Origin: Marsupella aquatica
Lineage: Eukaryota > Plantae > Marchantiophyta
NCBI GenBank assembly: GCA_973895155.1
Contig: OZ316899.1
Coordinates: forward strand, 5,211,241-5,275,240
Length of the DNA: 64,000 nt
Direction: 5' to 3'
The stretch's first letter is position 1. Every line of letters begins with the position of its first letter. Positions 49,159 to 62,322 of the stretch are shown here, piece after piece. Position numbers and translations under genes: made by a program. The notes below the pieces were generated by a model. It was not told the origin of the DNA. It searched no databases and was given only the letters and a program-made list of their open reading frames with translations.

Positions 49159-51810
49159 ACTACGTTCTTCCTATTGGCCTCACACAGCCCGCACACGTTC
49201 CAGGATGCAATTCTCAATAGTTCCCCCATCTCTCCCTGGTTCTTCCCCTGATTTAGATACGAGCATGTCCACCATACAAAGTACCAGAGCCTGCACTCCC
49301 TTGCCTCCGGTGGGTTGGAGTAGCCATTACAATTTCACCTATCTCCTCCATTTGATAATCCACGTTCAGCTCCACAAGGTGTCTCTTACCAGTCCAAACC
49401 TCTGGTCCTGGTGTGTTGGCGATGTCAATTGTCAGTCCCTCAGTCACGTCTGCAGAGTCTGGCCTCTCAATTTCTGCAGTAGGGACAAAAGAGTGTGAGA
49501 ATTTCATAGATCGTTGGTTTTTAGGTTCTTGGGAAACTCTATCCTTCTTAGCTATCGGAGGTGTCCTTTTGTCTAGCTTCCTTGCTCTTTCTTTCCCCTT
49601 ACTTGAGACGTATGCTTCATATTCCGACATATCTACGTCAGTATCCCCATGATAGGAAGATCCGTTCAGCTCAGCACTTTTGCTGCGGGAATCCAGCAAT
49701 GCTACTAGCTCGTCCGTGGCCGCCCCCACTTCATCAGGAGTAAAACTCGTTGCCCCAGCATCCAGAGGAATTAGGGGCAAGGTTTCAATGGTCACTGCAA
49801 TAAGGGACTCTACCCGGCCTGGCTCATTTAGCGTCGTCTGCTTCTCTTTGTTCGCATCCACCACTCGCCTAGAGTTCTTCAGTCCCTCCAGCCTAGGGTC
49901 GGCCGGAGGGGAATCATCTTCAGCTCGCATAAGAGCTTCAACAGCTTGAATATCTGCAGCCACCTTGCCTTCCTCTCTACTGGCAATTGGGCCTGCTCCC
50001 ATCCTTACTCTTAAGTTCATGGCTAATTGCGTCCTAAGCACCTCTTTTGGGTCTCCTTCGGCAACCACATCCAATTCCTCCGGAGTGTCATCAATATCCT
50101 CCCCATTGTTTTCTTTGTCCGCTTCCGCCACTACATTTCTCCCTTCTCTACACTCCCAAGCCAAGTGGCCCCGCTTGTTACACTTGAAACAGTCGTAGGG
50201 TATGTTCTTGAATAGTATCGGCTGCCAGATGACAATGTCATCCTTGATCCTCACACGAGCACTCTTTGGCACTTCTTGTTCTGTATCCCAGAGAATACAG
50301 GCTCTATCATGGGGATACGAGCTATATTCAGCACCCTGAATGTAATGAAGCAACTTACCCAAGGACTTTGCAATCCTAATGCGGCACCCTTCCAACACCA
50401 GAGCTCGAAAAGGGAGCTCAATCCATACAGGGAGCTTAGTAAACTTTTCAGCCCGTATATCGAATGAGGGGTCCCAAGGAAATGTGTATACCAGCTTACG
50501 CTCAAGGAACCATGGTGCAAACAACAAGGCAAGGTCTCTGTGATCCGCATTTTCAAACACCACCAAGTAAAAACTTTTTCCAACAAATTTGATTTGTAGC
50601 ACCGGCCAATTTCTCCCCTCGACCATCCATTCTTCAATCCATGCTCAAAATCCCGGTAACATAGGAGTCCAATCCGTAAAGTAGCACAACATACCGCAGT
50701 TGTAAAGTTGCCTGACATTGCACGTAGCTTCCTCAAGATTCCAGTCTACAGCCGTGAACAGCTTAGTACTCCATTCTCCCTTGGAATTAGCTGCGATTTC
50801 TTTTAGAATTTTGATGCATTCCTTGGATACCTCAGGCCCCTCCTCTCCCTCCGGGTGTTTGCTTGCCCCCACCTCCTTGATCCTTGGCTCAGCACTGCGC
50901 TCCTGCTGAAGATCCAATTTGATTTCCTTCGCGCCTCAATCAATTGTAGCCCGAGAGTGGGTGTCCATGGACTTGCGGATCTCCCTTGTTTCTCGTGGCA
51001 GCTCAGTGTCTTTCCCTCTACGTCCTGTATCCACCTTGTCAAATAGATCATAAGGTTCCTGCGTCTTAAACTATGGCCGTCTGTAATAGGGACCAAGCAT
51101 GCCTCTTCCCGTGGGGGGAGCTGAACTCTGAGAGTCTTGATTACTTAATCTTTTGTTTGCCTGCCTAGCATGTGCACTGAGTCCTTCCCCGTTCCCCGGG
51201 GGAGCCAAGCCCGTGTGGGTGCTCAGTTGTTCTACCCTATTCTTCCCTACCTCAGCCCCGGTTCCAGTAATCGACATAACTTGGCTATGTCAGACAGTTA
51301 TATCAGAAAGTGAAACAGAGAGATGTCCCTTTTCACCTCCCACTTGAAGTATACTCAATTGCCTGTAGCTCCCCGCCAATCTTCAACCAGACTCCGTTGA
51401 AATCCCGTCTCCAGTTACTTGGATGGCTGCTGGTTTGGCCGAGTCTCCACTTTCACCACTTCCGCCAGTGCTCCTGCTTACCCAAATGTTTCCAAGTGCG
51501 ATCGATCCCTCCTTCCAAACCTTCCTTGCTTACCTCCCCTTCACCATTCGAACATTTACTGTTCTCTTATTCAGCAAACAACGGTTTTACCGTCTATACC
51601 CACTCTTCGGAGAGCCCTAATCCTCCCTTTTTCATGCCCTCGACCTTTCCTCAACCAAATCAATTACTGCTAATCACAAACAGTGGGGAATCACGACCGT
51701 CTTCACCAGTCAGATTACCAAGTCTGACAATGATCCAGAGTGATGACCCAGCCAAGAACATCCAACCTTCTCAAGTTCGTTGTGCTCCTCGGTTCCTTAG
51801 TCTCCTTTAG
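49159..51810 (-). mobile_element. 5' half of LINE-1a (ORF1 and start of ORF2)
   Basis: ORF2 ATG at 49229 reads MGELLRIASWNVCGLCEANRKNVV and continues as KNRIESRKGRVEILALQE at ~9240. The 5' boundary is approximate. Confidence 0.85.
49253..51277 (-). pseudogene. LINE ORF1 (DUF4283-like region plus CCHC zinc knuckle); N-terminus broken by stops
   Basis: PWFL..PWDPSF..PVWIELP..IAKSLGK and CFKCNKRGHLAWEC. Confidence 0.8.
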
Positions 51811-51811
51811 T

Positions 51812-53936
51812 GACCGCATTGCTTCCAGACAAGGTTTACCATATCCCGGGCATGATAGACTTGCAGCCGCACCACTACGACCATATCCCCGCCCAGGTTC
51901 AAGCCTCCATAGATAGTCAGTTTGGCCCTGCCCAAACAAGCGAGACTCCTATCTTAACGTCACTTGACTTCCCCAGGGACTTCCTGAATCTAATGGCGCC
52001 TTCCCAAGCTGCAACTGGCGCCAACCCATCCGTGTCTGCACCAACACCGCCTCGGCCTCAGCCGAGCCGATCTCCACCAACGGTCGCACCACCTCTCTGA
52101 GTGCAATCCATGGTGAATGCGGTGAACATTAGCTCCAAAGACAAGGAGGCCCATCCTCCCCTGAACCTGCAGCCCCTTTGGCCACGGTTGCGATGGCCAA
52201 GCTGACCATGCATCGCATGTGGGAGAATGTTCACAAGAACATCCTCCACCCCAAGCATGCATGCTACCTGAAGCCCCAAGGGTTTGAGCACCTTGCCTCT
52301 CTCCCTTGGAATGGAAGCAGGTACTACAGGCAGGATATGACAAAGTTCATTCAGAACTTCAACGAGGCCCGCCAACAAACCCGAGCGCATGGGAGAGTGA
52401 TGTGTCTCAATGAGGCACGTCTGAAGATGATTTTTGGCCTACCCAAGGGGCTAAACCGGGTAGAGTAGCGGGATCCTAGGGGCAAGGGAGCTAAATACTA
52501 GTCCTCTAGCTTCCCGACCCAAGGGAGCAGTGGACAACGGATTCTTGATGAGGACGTGCCTCACCCGGAGGTAGCAAAACATCTGGAGTTCCAGCGGTAT
52601 GCCCTCCACATGATGGAACCACGGGGCAAAATATCCGCCGCCCAGGTCATACAAGTAGAGAACTTTTGGCCTAGGAGGTGGGCGTCCTTTGTCAAGAAGT
52701 TCCACAAGGAGATGGAGTGGAGAAGGAAGACCTTATACCTTGGCGGAAAGGCGTACTTTGCAAGCCACATCGAGATCATCATCAAGTGGTACGCCCGTTT
52801 TGACCGCCAAAGCCTCCCCCGTAGCAACAAGACAGAATTGACCCCATCAAAGTGGGTATTCCTGGCTCAGGAGAGGCGACCATAGCCTAAAGCCCAAATC
52901 CTGGCAGCAGTAGGACCTGCTTCCCCGACCCCACAACCAGCCGCTACCGCCCCGCCAAGAGTACCCGTGGACGCAGTTTTTGCGACCTTGGACGCGATCA
53001 ATCAGGTCAATGCAATCAAAGTCGGATTGGCTGAGGCCATACCCGAATCCAATACTACGGTGGCCGAGGAGATCCTGCCACCCCCCATGGCTGTGCAGGA
53101 GAACCGCCTAGCTCCAGTGGAACCAGCCCCTTCGACCGACTTATCTCAAGGGCTGGATGTTTCCACTCCTACTCCCGCGCGGTCTGGGGTCTGCCCATAC
53201 CCAAATCCATATGGGCATAGTCTGGACCACCCAAAACTCTTTGCACCGGGCATGTTTTTTGAACGGGTTGTTGGGAGATTTCTCTATACAAATCGCACGG
53301 GATACCAGGGAACACATGGCACGGAAGGTGGCCTACTTCTTCAACCAGGAGTTGGTTGCGGCTGTAAAGGCAGGACATGCGCAGGCTGAGACAGTGCAGA
53401 GAATAGAGCGGTACCGGGTTGAGTCTGCCTACCTGAAGGACAAAGTGGTGGCCCTAGAGACTGAACTCCAACAACTGCGACCTCTGGTAACGGCCACGGA
53501 GGATCAGGTTGCCAAGGCCAAGGCCCGGGCAGCCTTAGCAGAGCAGGCCAGGCTCGGAAAGGATGTTGAGATCGCACGGCTTTGGACCAAGATTGACGGT
53601 TTGAAGGGACAAGCCATCATTTTGCAGAAGGATCTGGAGGAAGCTGACTCTCAGTCTCATTGAGACGCAACCGAGATAGACACCCTGAAGACAGAGGTGG
53701 CGTGGCTTCAAGGGGAAGCCACAAAGCAGGCCCAATTGGTGGATAAGCTGACGAGCAACGTCCAGCAACTGGAGGAGGCATGCCAGGAGACCACGGAGGA
53801 GACGGACGCGGCAAAGCGAGAGAACAAATCTGTGCTGGATCAGGTCCAGCTACTCAAGCAAGATGCTGACAGGCTCAAGAGGCAGCGGGATAGACGCTCC
53901 CACTCGGGCGGCTCTGGCAAGCGTGCCAAACATTAG
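51812..53936 (+). pseudogene. LTR-encoded accessory ORF, diverged copy in LTR D
   Basis: VHKNILHPKHACYLKPQGFEHLASLPWN, LEFQRYALHMMEPRG, MARKVAYFFNQEL and HSGGSGKRAKH-stop all match the A ORF. Confidence 0.85.
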
Positions 53937-54818
53937 CGGCGGAGTAGGATTAAAACAGAGTTAGGAGTAGCTAAATCGGGCTATAGGGACAAGCGCCTGC
54001 CCTAGTTAAAGCAACGATGCCATATTGTCCAACCTACGTAGATTAGAATCTTCTAATAAGACAAGCCATTTTCCGCCCTGACAACCAGCTTAGTTAGGAT
54101 CTTAGTTTTGGGCACGAAGCCACTCTGGTCCTCAACCCTTAGTATTTAGTGCACCCCTTGGTAGAGGCAAGGGGTTTTTAGTCTTAGAGTTGGGCATCCG
54201 CGGTATGTGCGGGGATTCCCGACCTCTGTGAGTGAAAGAGTACCAAGGGAAGGGGGTAGGACTAAGCTTGTTGAGCGAGTGCGGAGCCGGGCTCCGTTGT
54301 AGTGTACACCCTTGGCCTTGGACCTGTTCATTCAAGAGCTTTTGGGTCAACTAAGTGTATGTTTATGTCCACCTGTGTAGTAAAATCCTTTCCCATTATT
54401 TCCTTTGTGTAAATTGAGATTGTATGCTTGTGTGTGTGTATGTGTGAATCTCGTGTATGGGTGCCAACGCTTGGCCGAACGCACTACCCAAGCCGTGCAC
54501 GGGGTGCAGCTTGCGGGTAAGTGGTTGCGCGCCCGGGTTGAATGCCCGTATCATCAAATCCGGATCGAAGGCGGACCACACAAAGGCTTAGAAGCCCGTA
54601 AGCCGGGGTCAATTCCGCTATCGACTAAGGTACGTTCCGGCGGCAGAACACAAATCATACCTAGGAGGTGTCCGTAAGTAACAGTAGATGCACTTAGCGC
54701 TACTTTATGGGAGTTAGGTGCATTCTGTGCGTCCCTCCCTGCCCGAACCCTCATATTTACGAAGGATGTGTCTGTCTAAGCCGAAGCCCGGGTTAAGGCC
54801 TAGGTTGACAACGTGACA
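51812..54818 (+). mobile_element. LTR D: left-truncated, diverged A-family LTR
   Basis: Colinear with LTR A from ~9975 to its end, ending ACGTGACA. No PBS follows; copia RT sequence follows instead. Confidence 0.88.
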
Positions 54819-54941
54819 TCTACTTTCAAACAACAGACCATAGTCTATTGTGCCCTTAAGATACCCGAGAATCCATTTCACAGCCTCCCAATGTACCTTC
54901 CCTGGATTTGACATGAATCTACTCACTTTGCCCATTGCTAG
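54819..54941 (-). pseudogene. copia RT C-terminal fragment (element F)
   Basis: MGKVSRFMSNPGKVHWEAVKWILGYLKGTIDYGLLF. Confidence 0.85.
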
Positions 54942-55893
54942 GGATCAGGCCACTCCAAGTCCAACTCTGGCGGATCTAGCAAGTATGCCAGACATTAGCG
55001 GCGAGATAGGTTTAGGATAGAGTTAGGGATAGGATAGTTAGGCGATAAGGACAAGCGCCAAAACTAGTTAGCGATGCAGTCCTATCCAACCAATCTTCGT
55101 AGTTAGAATCTTAGAATAAGACACTCCGTTTTACGGCCTGACAGTTAGCAGAGTTTAGTATTTGGGATAGCTTAGATTTGAGCACGTGCTTGGTCCGGAC
55201 CCCGGCTCTTGGTATTTAGTGCACCCCCCAGTAGAGACAAGGGGGATTTTAGTTTCAAAACCAAGTATCCGCAGGATGTGCGGGGAGTCCCGGCCTTTGT
55301 GAGTAAAAGATACCAAGGAGGGAGGGTACGACTAAGCTCGTTGGGCGAGTGCGGAGCCGGGCTCCATTGTAGTGTATGCTGCTCTACCGTTGGGCCTATT
55401 TACTCAAGAGATGTCGAGTCAACCGTGTATATGTGTATGACAGATTCTGAAGTAAAGTCTTTTCCCACCATTTCCTTCGTGTAAACCAAGATTGTATTGC
55501 GTGAGTTCAGTTGCATTTATGAATCTTGTATATGGGTAGAGAATGCTTGGCCAAACGCATCATTCGAGCCGTGCATGGGGTGTAGGCTACGGATAGTGGT
55601 TGCGGGCCTAGGTTGGATACCCGTATTATTGGATTCGGATCGGAGGTGGACAGTACGAAGGCTTAGAAGCCCTTAAGCTAGGGTCGATCCAGCTATCGAC
55701 TTAAGGTACATTTCAGTGACAGAACACAAACTATACCCATGACATTTCTATATGAAGGAATAGGTGCACTTAGCGCTAGATTACGGAATAATGTTCAATT
55801 TGCACATCCCTTCTTGCCCGAACCCTCAAAACTAATGAAGATTATGCCCGTCTAAGCCAAAATCCTTGCAAGGACGAAGCTTATGGCGTGACA
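54942..55893 (+). repeat. LTR E: right part of a more diverged A-family LTR
   Basis: Begins with the ORF tail SNSGGSSKYARH-stop (54998). Shares GAGTGCGGAGCCGGGCTCC and GAAGGCTTAGAAGCCCTTAAGC with A and ends GCGTGACA. Confidence 0.85.
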
Positions 55894-56879
55894 AAATGTG
55901 AAAGGTACATGCACTATCTAGTATCCAGTCATCTTCACCTAGATGTGACACTACGTTGAGAGCAAAACCTCGGCATCATAAAATTTTATCATCGAATAAA
56001 TTGATCATATCAACATGAGTGGTTGTGTTTCCTGATGGTTGACGAGTCTGCTTGACTGAATAGTCTCTTGTCATGTGGCCAGTCTTGTCACATTTCCAGC
56101 ATGTAATCGGTTTCCTTTCTAGAGATTTCTCTTTAGACCTAGATCGACTTAGACCTAGCCTTGTCCTTGCCTCTATTTTATGAAGGGTACAATTGTGAAA
56201 ACAACCTATTTTCTCCAATCATCCATTGTTGAGTCCTCCCACGGTTCACATTCAACGCAGTGTCGGATAAAGATGGTGTCTGGGCATGACCCAATTTCTT
56301 TTGTGCATCATCTGACAACAAAGAGCTTACCACCTCGTCATATGAAATGGTTTTGAGGTCTCTATACAAGAGAACCTGCTTCAAACCTTGATATGATGGG
56401 GTAAGGAGCTGAGAAGAAGCAATGCCATATCTTCATCTTCCACTCCCTTGCTAAGATTTGATAAATCCACTGCTAAGCTATCAAATTCATCAAAGTGATC
56501 TCAAAGCTTGTCTCCTTCTTTGAGCCTCAAGCTCATTTGGAGAGACTTCTTGTACAATCAATCTAAGGCATCCTTGCGGTAGTACTTCTCTTCTAGGGCC
56601 TTGAACAAGGAAACCCAATCCTTGTAGTTGTCCAACTTCTTTATGATGTGCAGCTTCAGATGTAGCATTGTCGCATTAACAGTGATCACTTGCTCCTGCC
56701 TAGCTCCATTTCCTCAACGGGGTCTCCTCTTCCCTGTTAGACTCATCTTGAGTAGATAGCAGATGATCTAAGCCCATGGCACAAAAAATTCCCTTGACCT
56801 GCTTATCCCATAACAAGTAATCCATGCGTCCATCATACTTTTCCACCTCAAACTTGATACCTCCAAACTTGGATGCCAT
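55894..56879 (-). pseudogene. copia gag-protease (Tork/Tnt1-like, element F), degenerate
   Basis: MASKFGGIKFEVEKYDG start, CWKCDKTGH knuckle and WILDSACTFH protease motif. Confidence 0.85.
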
Positions 56880-58150
56880 CTCTATCCTCCCGAGGTTCTC
56901 TAGGTGCTATTTTTGCACTTTTTCCTATATAATTTTGTCACTTTTTCTTTTCTTCCGTCCCGCTGACTAAACTCCAAATCACAAAAAAATGTTGATTTTT
57001 GCAAATTCCAAAAAAACTTGAAACTTATCACCGCCATGTAGCCCACTAGCCTAGCAAGCCAACACTAAAATCCAAAATTGAAACCAAGTTCCAACGAAAA
57101 ACTTTTTCACGTTTTGGTCGGGGTGGGTAAAACTCAAAAATTCTCCCCCATTTTGACCACCTCGGGGAATAACAAAAATGCCAAGTACCACCCATTGTTG
57201 GAAATGCAAATCGATTGGTGCACCGCATTGCTAGCTTCAATGGCTACGTCCTCGCCAAAAAAGATCCAAAAAAAGTTATCGTTCGGACCTCAGAATCTTT
57301 GACTAAAGACCAAAAAACAACTCTTTATTTTTTCAAAATATTCCCCACACAATATAGCATGGCTCACAGGGGGCCGTTCCCCCTATTGGAGCGGTTAAAG
57401 TCGGGGGCGGCAAGTCCCAACAAAACGTTAGCCAATGGGAGTAAAGGAGAAACAAGAAAAAATGGTCTTAAAGGGGTCTAAAGGCCCCTTAGCAATAATA
57501 CCTCCTTCATGAACACTGCACTATGATAACCCCCATGGAAACTTGAGTGGCTTTGCATAGCCCATTGCCTATAAATTATTCTGGAGGCGGGCTTTCCTAT
57601 CCAAATCCGACGGTGTCTCGGGTCGCAACGGCTTCTCATTAATAATAATGGTCCGCTCCTTGGTCGATTGCTGTGGTCCAGTCCGGATTCCAGATTTGTC
57701 TGGGGAAAAATCCGGATCCTTTCTCTTCACCATGATGAGGCGATGGATAGAAAGAAATCAAATTAAAAACCCTTTACAAAACTCCAGAACTCTGATATCC
57801 AAAAATCTGAATCAAGACTTCTCTTCCCCTCTAAATTGAACGATCACCCACTTCCCCCGTAACCAATTCTTCTCACAACTAATGCCTCAAAATGGCAACC
57901 TCGTTTGGCTCTATTCTCTTTTGTATTATTGCGCTAAATATTTTAGCAGCAATTTGGTGGTGTGAGGAATGCCCGGTCCATAGTGGCCTTAAGAACTCGG
58001 ATGCCAACTTTCAGTCTTGGGTTGGATGTTCAACTTATGGTTTTAATCGTCATCCTTGTATGCCTTCTCTCATGGTGTGGTTGTACCAATGTTCTTTAAA
58101 TTTTGAAAAGAGTGCTATTCAGATATTTCCGGATCTCATACTTCAAACTA

Positions 58151-59601
58151 TCAGGAGGAACGGCTACTCTTTCTTGGACCGGCTCTTACTTTGCTACCCC
58201 CGTTCATTTAGTGGTCTGAGCTACACTGGCAACCTTTGGAAAGCCTGGGAAGTACTCCGCACTCATCTGATATTCTCACCTGCTGGTGCTGCTGTTGCTT
58301 CTTGGTGGAGCTTTGAGGATATAGTTCGGAGTCTGGAAGGATTCCAGGATCTATCAGAAGAGAGTAAAAGCACGTTAATTCGGACTCTTGGCCGGATTGG
58401 TCTGAGAAAGGTCGCTGACCTTAGACGGTGGGACGGCAACCCTCTGGAAGGCGTTCGACACAAGTTCAATAGGATTAGAGGTTTGGATCCTGTACTGGGA
58501 GCGAGGTGTATCTCTTTGGTGACAGAGATAAGGCGGATTACTGATGTTCGGGAAGCAGGTACTTCTGCTGCTGGCTGGATTTGGGTTGACAAAAGGGAGA
58601 GATTGACTCACTTTGCTCTCCCCAATGCCAGGGTTTATCAATTGCTCCGCACGAAGGGCAACAAATTCAACAGACTTAATAGAATTTGGTCCTTACATCT
58701 TTCTGACCGGGAATGGAGCCACCTTTTGCACTCATTGTGGTCTTCTGATATCCCTACAAAGTCTCACACCTTTATATGGCGAGTGATTGCGCAGGGCCTT
58801 TTCACTAACGTCAGGGCTTCCAAAATGGGGAAAAGTGATGGTACTTGTGGTCTTTGCAGTTCTATGCTTGAGACCATTCCACACATTTTTTTCACATGTA
58901 CGTTTGCACGCAAAGCTTGGGAACTAGTTGCCCAGACTTTTCCGGATCTGATCACTTGGCCTATTGTGGATCTGAAAGCTCTGATGGACGCTTTCTCTGG
59001 ACACAGTCTTGCCCGTTCATTGATAATCTTTATGGTGTTTCAAGTTCTTTGGCACTTGTGGCTAGCACGGAATGACAGTGTCTTCAATAATGGTAGAAGG
59101 CGCAGCTTTGACCTGCTTAGGATATTTTCGGAGATAATTGACCAGCTTCATAGCCTGTGTGAGGACTTTGGCCCCAGTAACCGGTGTACTCGGCTATTGC
59201 GGACTAAGGAGGAAACTATTAAGGAACGCTTGCTATGGGTTCCCCGTCCGACGGCTAGATTCTCAGTATCTTAGTTTTTAGTTACTTAGTTCCTTCTCTT
59301 AGTCTCTCTTGGCTTTAGGGCTTCTGCCCTTCTTGGTTCTTGCATCTTGGATGGGTTCCCTGGCTGTGACCTGCTGGCAGAACTGGAGTCGTGGGGTTAT
59401 GTTGTGAGACTGTCATCTTCTAAGGGTCTCAGGGCAGGCTGGTTCTAGAAGTAGTTTGGTTTATTCGCGTTGCTTCTCTTTGTCTTTCACTCCCTTGGCT
59501 TTTGGCCTTCCCTTCTGAGGGTCTCATTGTTGCCTTTTGGCCCCCTTTCCCATAGGGTTTGCGGGTTTTATTGGGAAAAAATAAAAATAATAAAAATAAA
59601 A
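58151..59601 (+). mobile_element. 5'-truncated L1-clade LINE (LINE-1b) with A-rich tail
   Basis: 13-bp TSD ATACTTCAAACTA at 58138-58150 and 59602-59614. The ORF2 C-terminus has TFIWR..CGLC..HIFFTC..WHLWLARND (zf-RVT-like) and is homologous to LINE-1a at 5820-6520. Confidence 0.92.
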
Positions 59602-59727
59602 ATACTTCAAACTAGCTTTTATGGCCATTTTTGGGCTTATTATGCTCCATTAACCCAATAATGAGAGAAAATTTTCAGAAATTTTCACTTTTTAATTTCT
59701 TTGGACATAGCCATGGTATCACGTAAC

Positions 59728-60935
59728 TGTTGAGCATAGATGACAATCGCAACGGTAAGCACATGACACATCCAATGCGCAAGTAGTTGACACAAGAGAT
59801 ACGTGGTCCACGGGAACACACAAAAGAACTTTATTGAACTCTAAGCCTGTCGGCTATACCAAGTCTCCATAGTGTAAGCTCTTCTCATCTCTCAAGTGGC
59901 TCCATAACAATGAGCCTAAGTTCCACTTATCCAAGCAAACACCATTTGGCATATAGTGTGCATCCTAGTTAACCTAACCACGTCTTTGACTACGGTTAGC
60001 CTAACTACGGTTACATGTCATAAGCCTAGACCTTGAGTAAATACCTAACAATCTCCCCCTTGATTCTGGTCTAGGGGAGGGTAATACTGCTAACCTATAT
60101 GATTCCTCAATGGGAGGTTCTGGACGAAAACCAAAATGGTTTCCGCTCTCTAACTAGAGCAAACCAGAACTAAGCCGTAGCCTACTAGTAGGAGTGAAGA
60201 AGAACATATATCAGTAATTACAGTGAATGTTAAAAAATCCCTACTTGTGACGCAATTGCAAAACCTGCAGCACGTCACGATGTCTAGAGAAACTTTCCAA
60301 AGGAATTATTTTGATAAATGCGTCAACTGGGTTGAGTTTACAGTCTATCTTGACTAGCTCAAACAAATTATCAGACAGTCTGCCTGATAAAATGGTACTT
60401 GATGTCTATGTGCTTCACTCTATTGTCCATCACCTGGTTCACAACAAGGTGGAACGCACTTTAACTATCACAATAGAGCTTAACATTCCCCTGTGGCAAT
60501 CCCATTTTAGTGAAAAGTCTATCCAACAGTAAATCCTTCAGTCAAGATCTTGTCCATAGTCATAATCTACATAGTCAATCAATGATCTAGAATTCTTTGC
60601 ATTCGCATCAAATAAAAGACCATGATCAATGGTACCCTTCAAGTACCTGATAATCCACTTCACTGCTTCCTAGTGTACCTTCCTTGGATTTGACATATAC
60701 CTGGTCACCTTGCCCATAGCCATGGCAAGATCAGGTCTAGTGCTCATCAAATACATGAGACTTTCCACTACCTTATCATAAGAAACCTTTGACATAAGCC
60801 CCTTTTCTGTCGTATATATGGGACAAAAAGTTGATGACAATTTGAAGTGTGCAGCCAAAGGGGTACTTACTGGCTTACTATCCCCCATGTTGAATCTAGC
60901 AATTACCTTCCTTGCATAACTGACTCAAAGCAAGA
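59728..60935 (-). mobile_element. 3' remnant of copia element G: RT/RNase H fragments, PPT (60051-60061) and 3' LTR (59728-60050)
   Basis: SKPVSTPLAAHFKLS..STRPDLA..MSNP; AGGGGGAGAT followed by TGTTAGG...CTCAACA on the minus strand. Confidence 0.85.
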
Positions 60936-61559
60936 TAGACCGGGTATTATTTGCTCCCAACTATGTCATACCATCAATACTTTTTGAAAGGTACTAATAC
61001 AAAGGGAGGACCACTAAGGACCATGGAATGGTGGAGATGTATTTAAGATTGTGTGGCCAAGATGAGAGGGAAATAATACGGTTGTACAAATGGATCACCT
61101 TTGACTGAAGGAAGTCTTATTCTTATCCTCTAAGTTATCATGGTATTGGTAGCAATGTCAGTACTTTCTTGGCCGCATTTCAAATGCCTGAGGAGCGTAG
61201 CATGGTATTGTTGTCTATTGGTACTTTCTTGGTACTTGAAATACTCGGGCCTTCTTGGTATTTGAAATGCACGTGGAGGGGGGAGGGGTAGGGGTGCGGG
61301 CCAGTTACTCCACGGGAAGCAGCCCTGGGGGCGGGGGGCGGGGGAGTACCATGTCAACTCGGTCCAAGTTACGATCGATTCTTTGAGAGGCAGTCTTGCA
61401 CGGTGTCATCGTGCACAATCCACTTGTCTTTAGTCGAGGCCTTTGAGCTCAGCTTTGAAGAAACAAAGCTCAGTCTTCAAGGAGCAGGTACTTGCTGAGA
61501 TTGTTGGCGAGACTGCTGCTGCACAAGGTCAAATTCATGAGCTCGAAACATGTCTGACT

Positions 61560-61661
61560 GATTTACAAGCTCAATTGAATGTTGAGGCTAGGCGTGCATC
61601 AAACAGAAGTGATTTACAAGCTCGATTGAATGTTGAGGCTAGGCGTGCATCAAACAGAAGT
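61560..61661. repeat. 51-bp in-frame tandem duplication
   Basis: DLQA(Q/R)LNVEARRASNRS encoded twice. Confidence 0.85.
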
Positions 61662-62322
61662 TCTCAACAACAATGTAGAGAAAAATGAGGACGTGTTGTT
61701 GCTGCGCTTATTAATCTTGATGACAACTCAGTGATTCCTAATAGAGGACGTAGAAGCAAAACATATGTGATTTTGCAAATTGTTCACACTTTCAGTAGTT
61801 TCACAACACACCATAACTTTGCCTCAAAGATGTCTATTATGAGGCGGTTTTGGCTCCACAAGGCTATGAAGCAATTTCATCCCACATCTTTTGGTTGCCC
61901 TAAACAAGACTTGTCATGGAGAACAGCAGCCATTGACATGAAGAAGGTATTGAACACTGTCAAATATGCTAGGCGAAAAGATCACAAAGCTGCTAAGGAT
62001 GTCATCTTGAGTTCGTTGACTGGCAAAGAGGTAGTGGGCAAAAGATATCAAAGCGCTCTAGCGAGAGCAATGTGTGCGAAGAGAGGGCCAATCTTTGCTG
62101 CAAGTAAGATTAGGAGCCTTTTGGATGGTGATGAAAACCTGAGGTTTCCTTTGGGACAGCGGAAACAGAGGTCTGATCGTCTTCTAAAGAGATTAGAGGT
62201 GAAGTAGCCTGGTTTTGGGAGGTGTTTACTAGAGCTCTCCAAACAAGGATGGCATTGCTCGAAAAAGGATTTCCAAGAATGAATATGACGTCCACATAGT
62301 TCATTGGCTCGAGGATACTGAG

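Noticed and set aside
56880-59727. LTR 59728-60050 as a shared 5' LTR of copia F (a second tandem)
   Set aside because: There is no correctly oriented PBS next to 59728 (TGGTATCA at ~59714 is inverted), and the intervening DNA is unassigned.
4635-60050. Inverted ~200-bp match between 4635 and 60050 as TIRs of a giant DNA transposon
   Set aside because: Both are copies of a copia LTR (the PPT adjoins the 60050 copy), most simply explained as independent insertions.
61270-61350. G-run cluster upstream of the transposase (possible G-quadruplex or terminus)
   Set aside because: No matching TIR or other support within the window.
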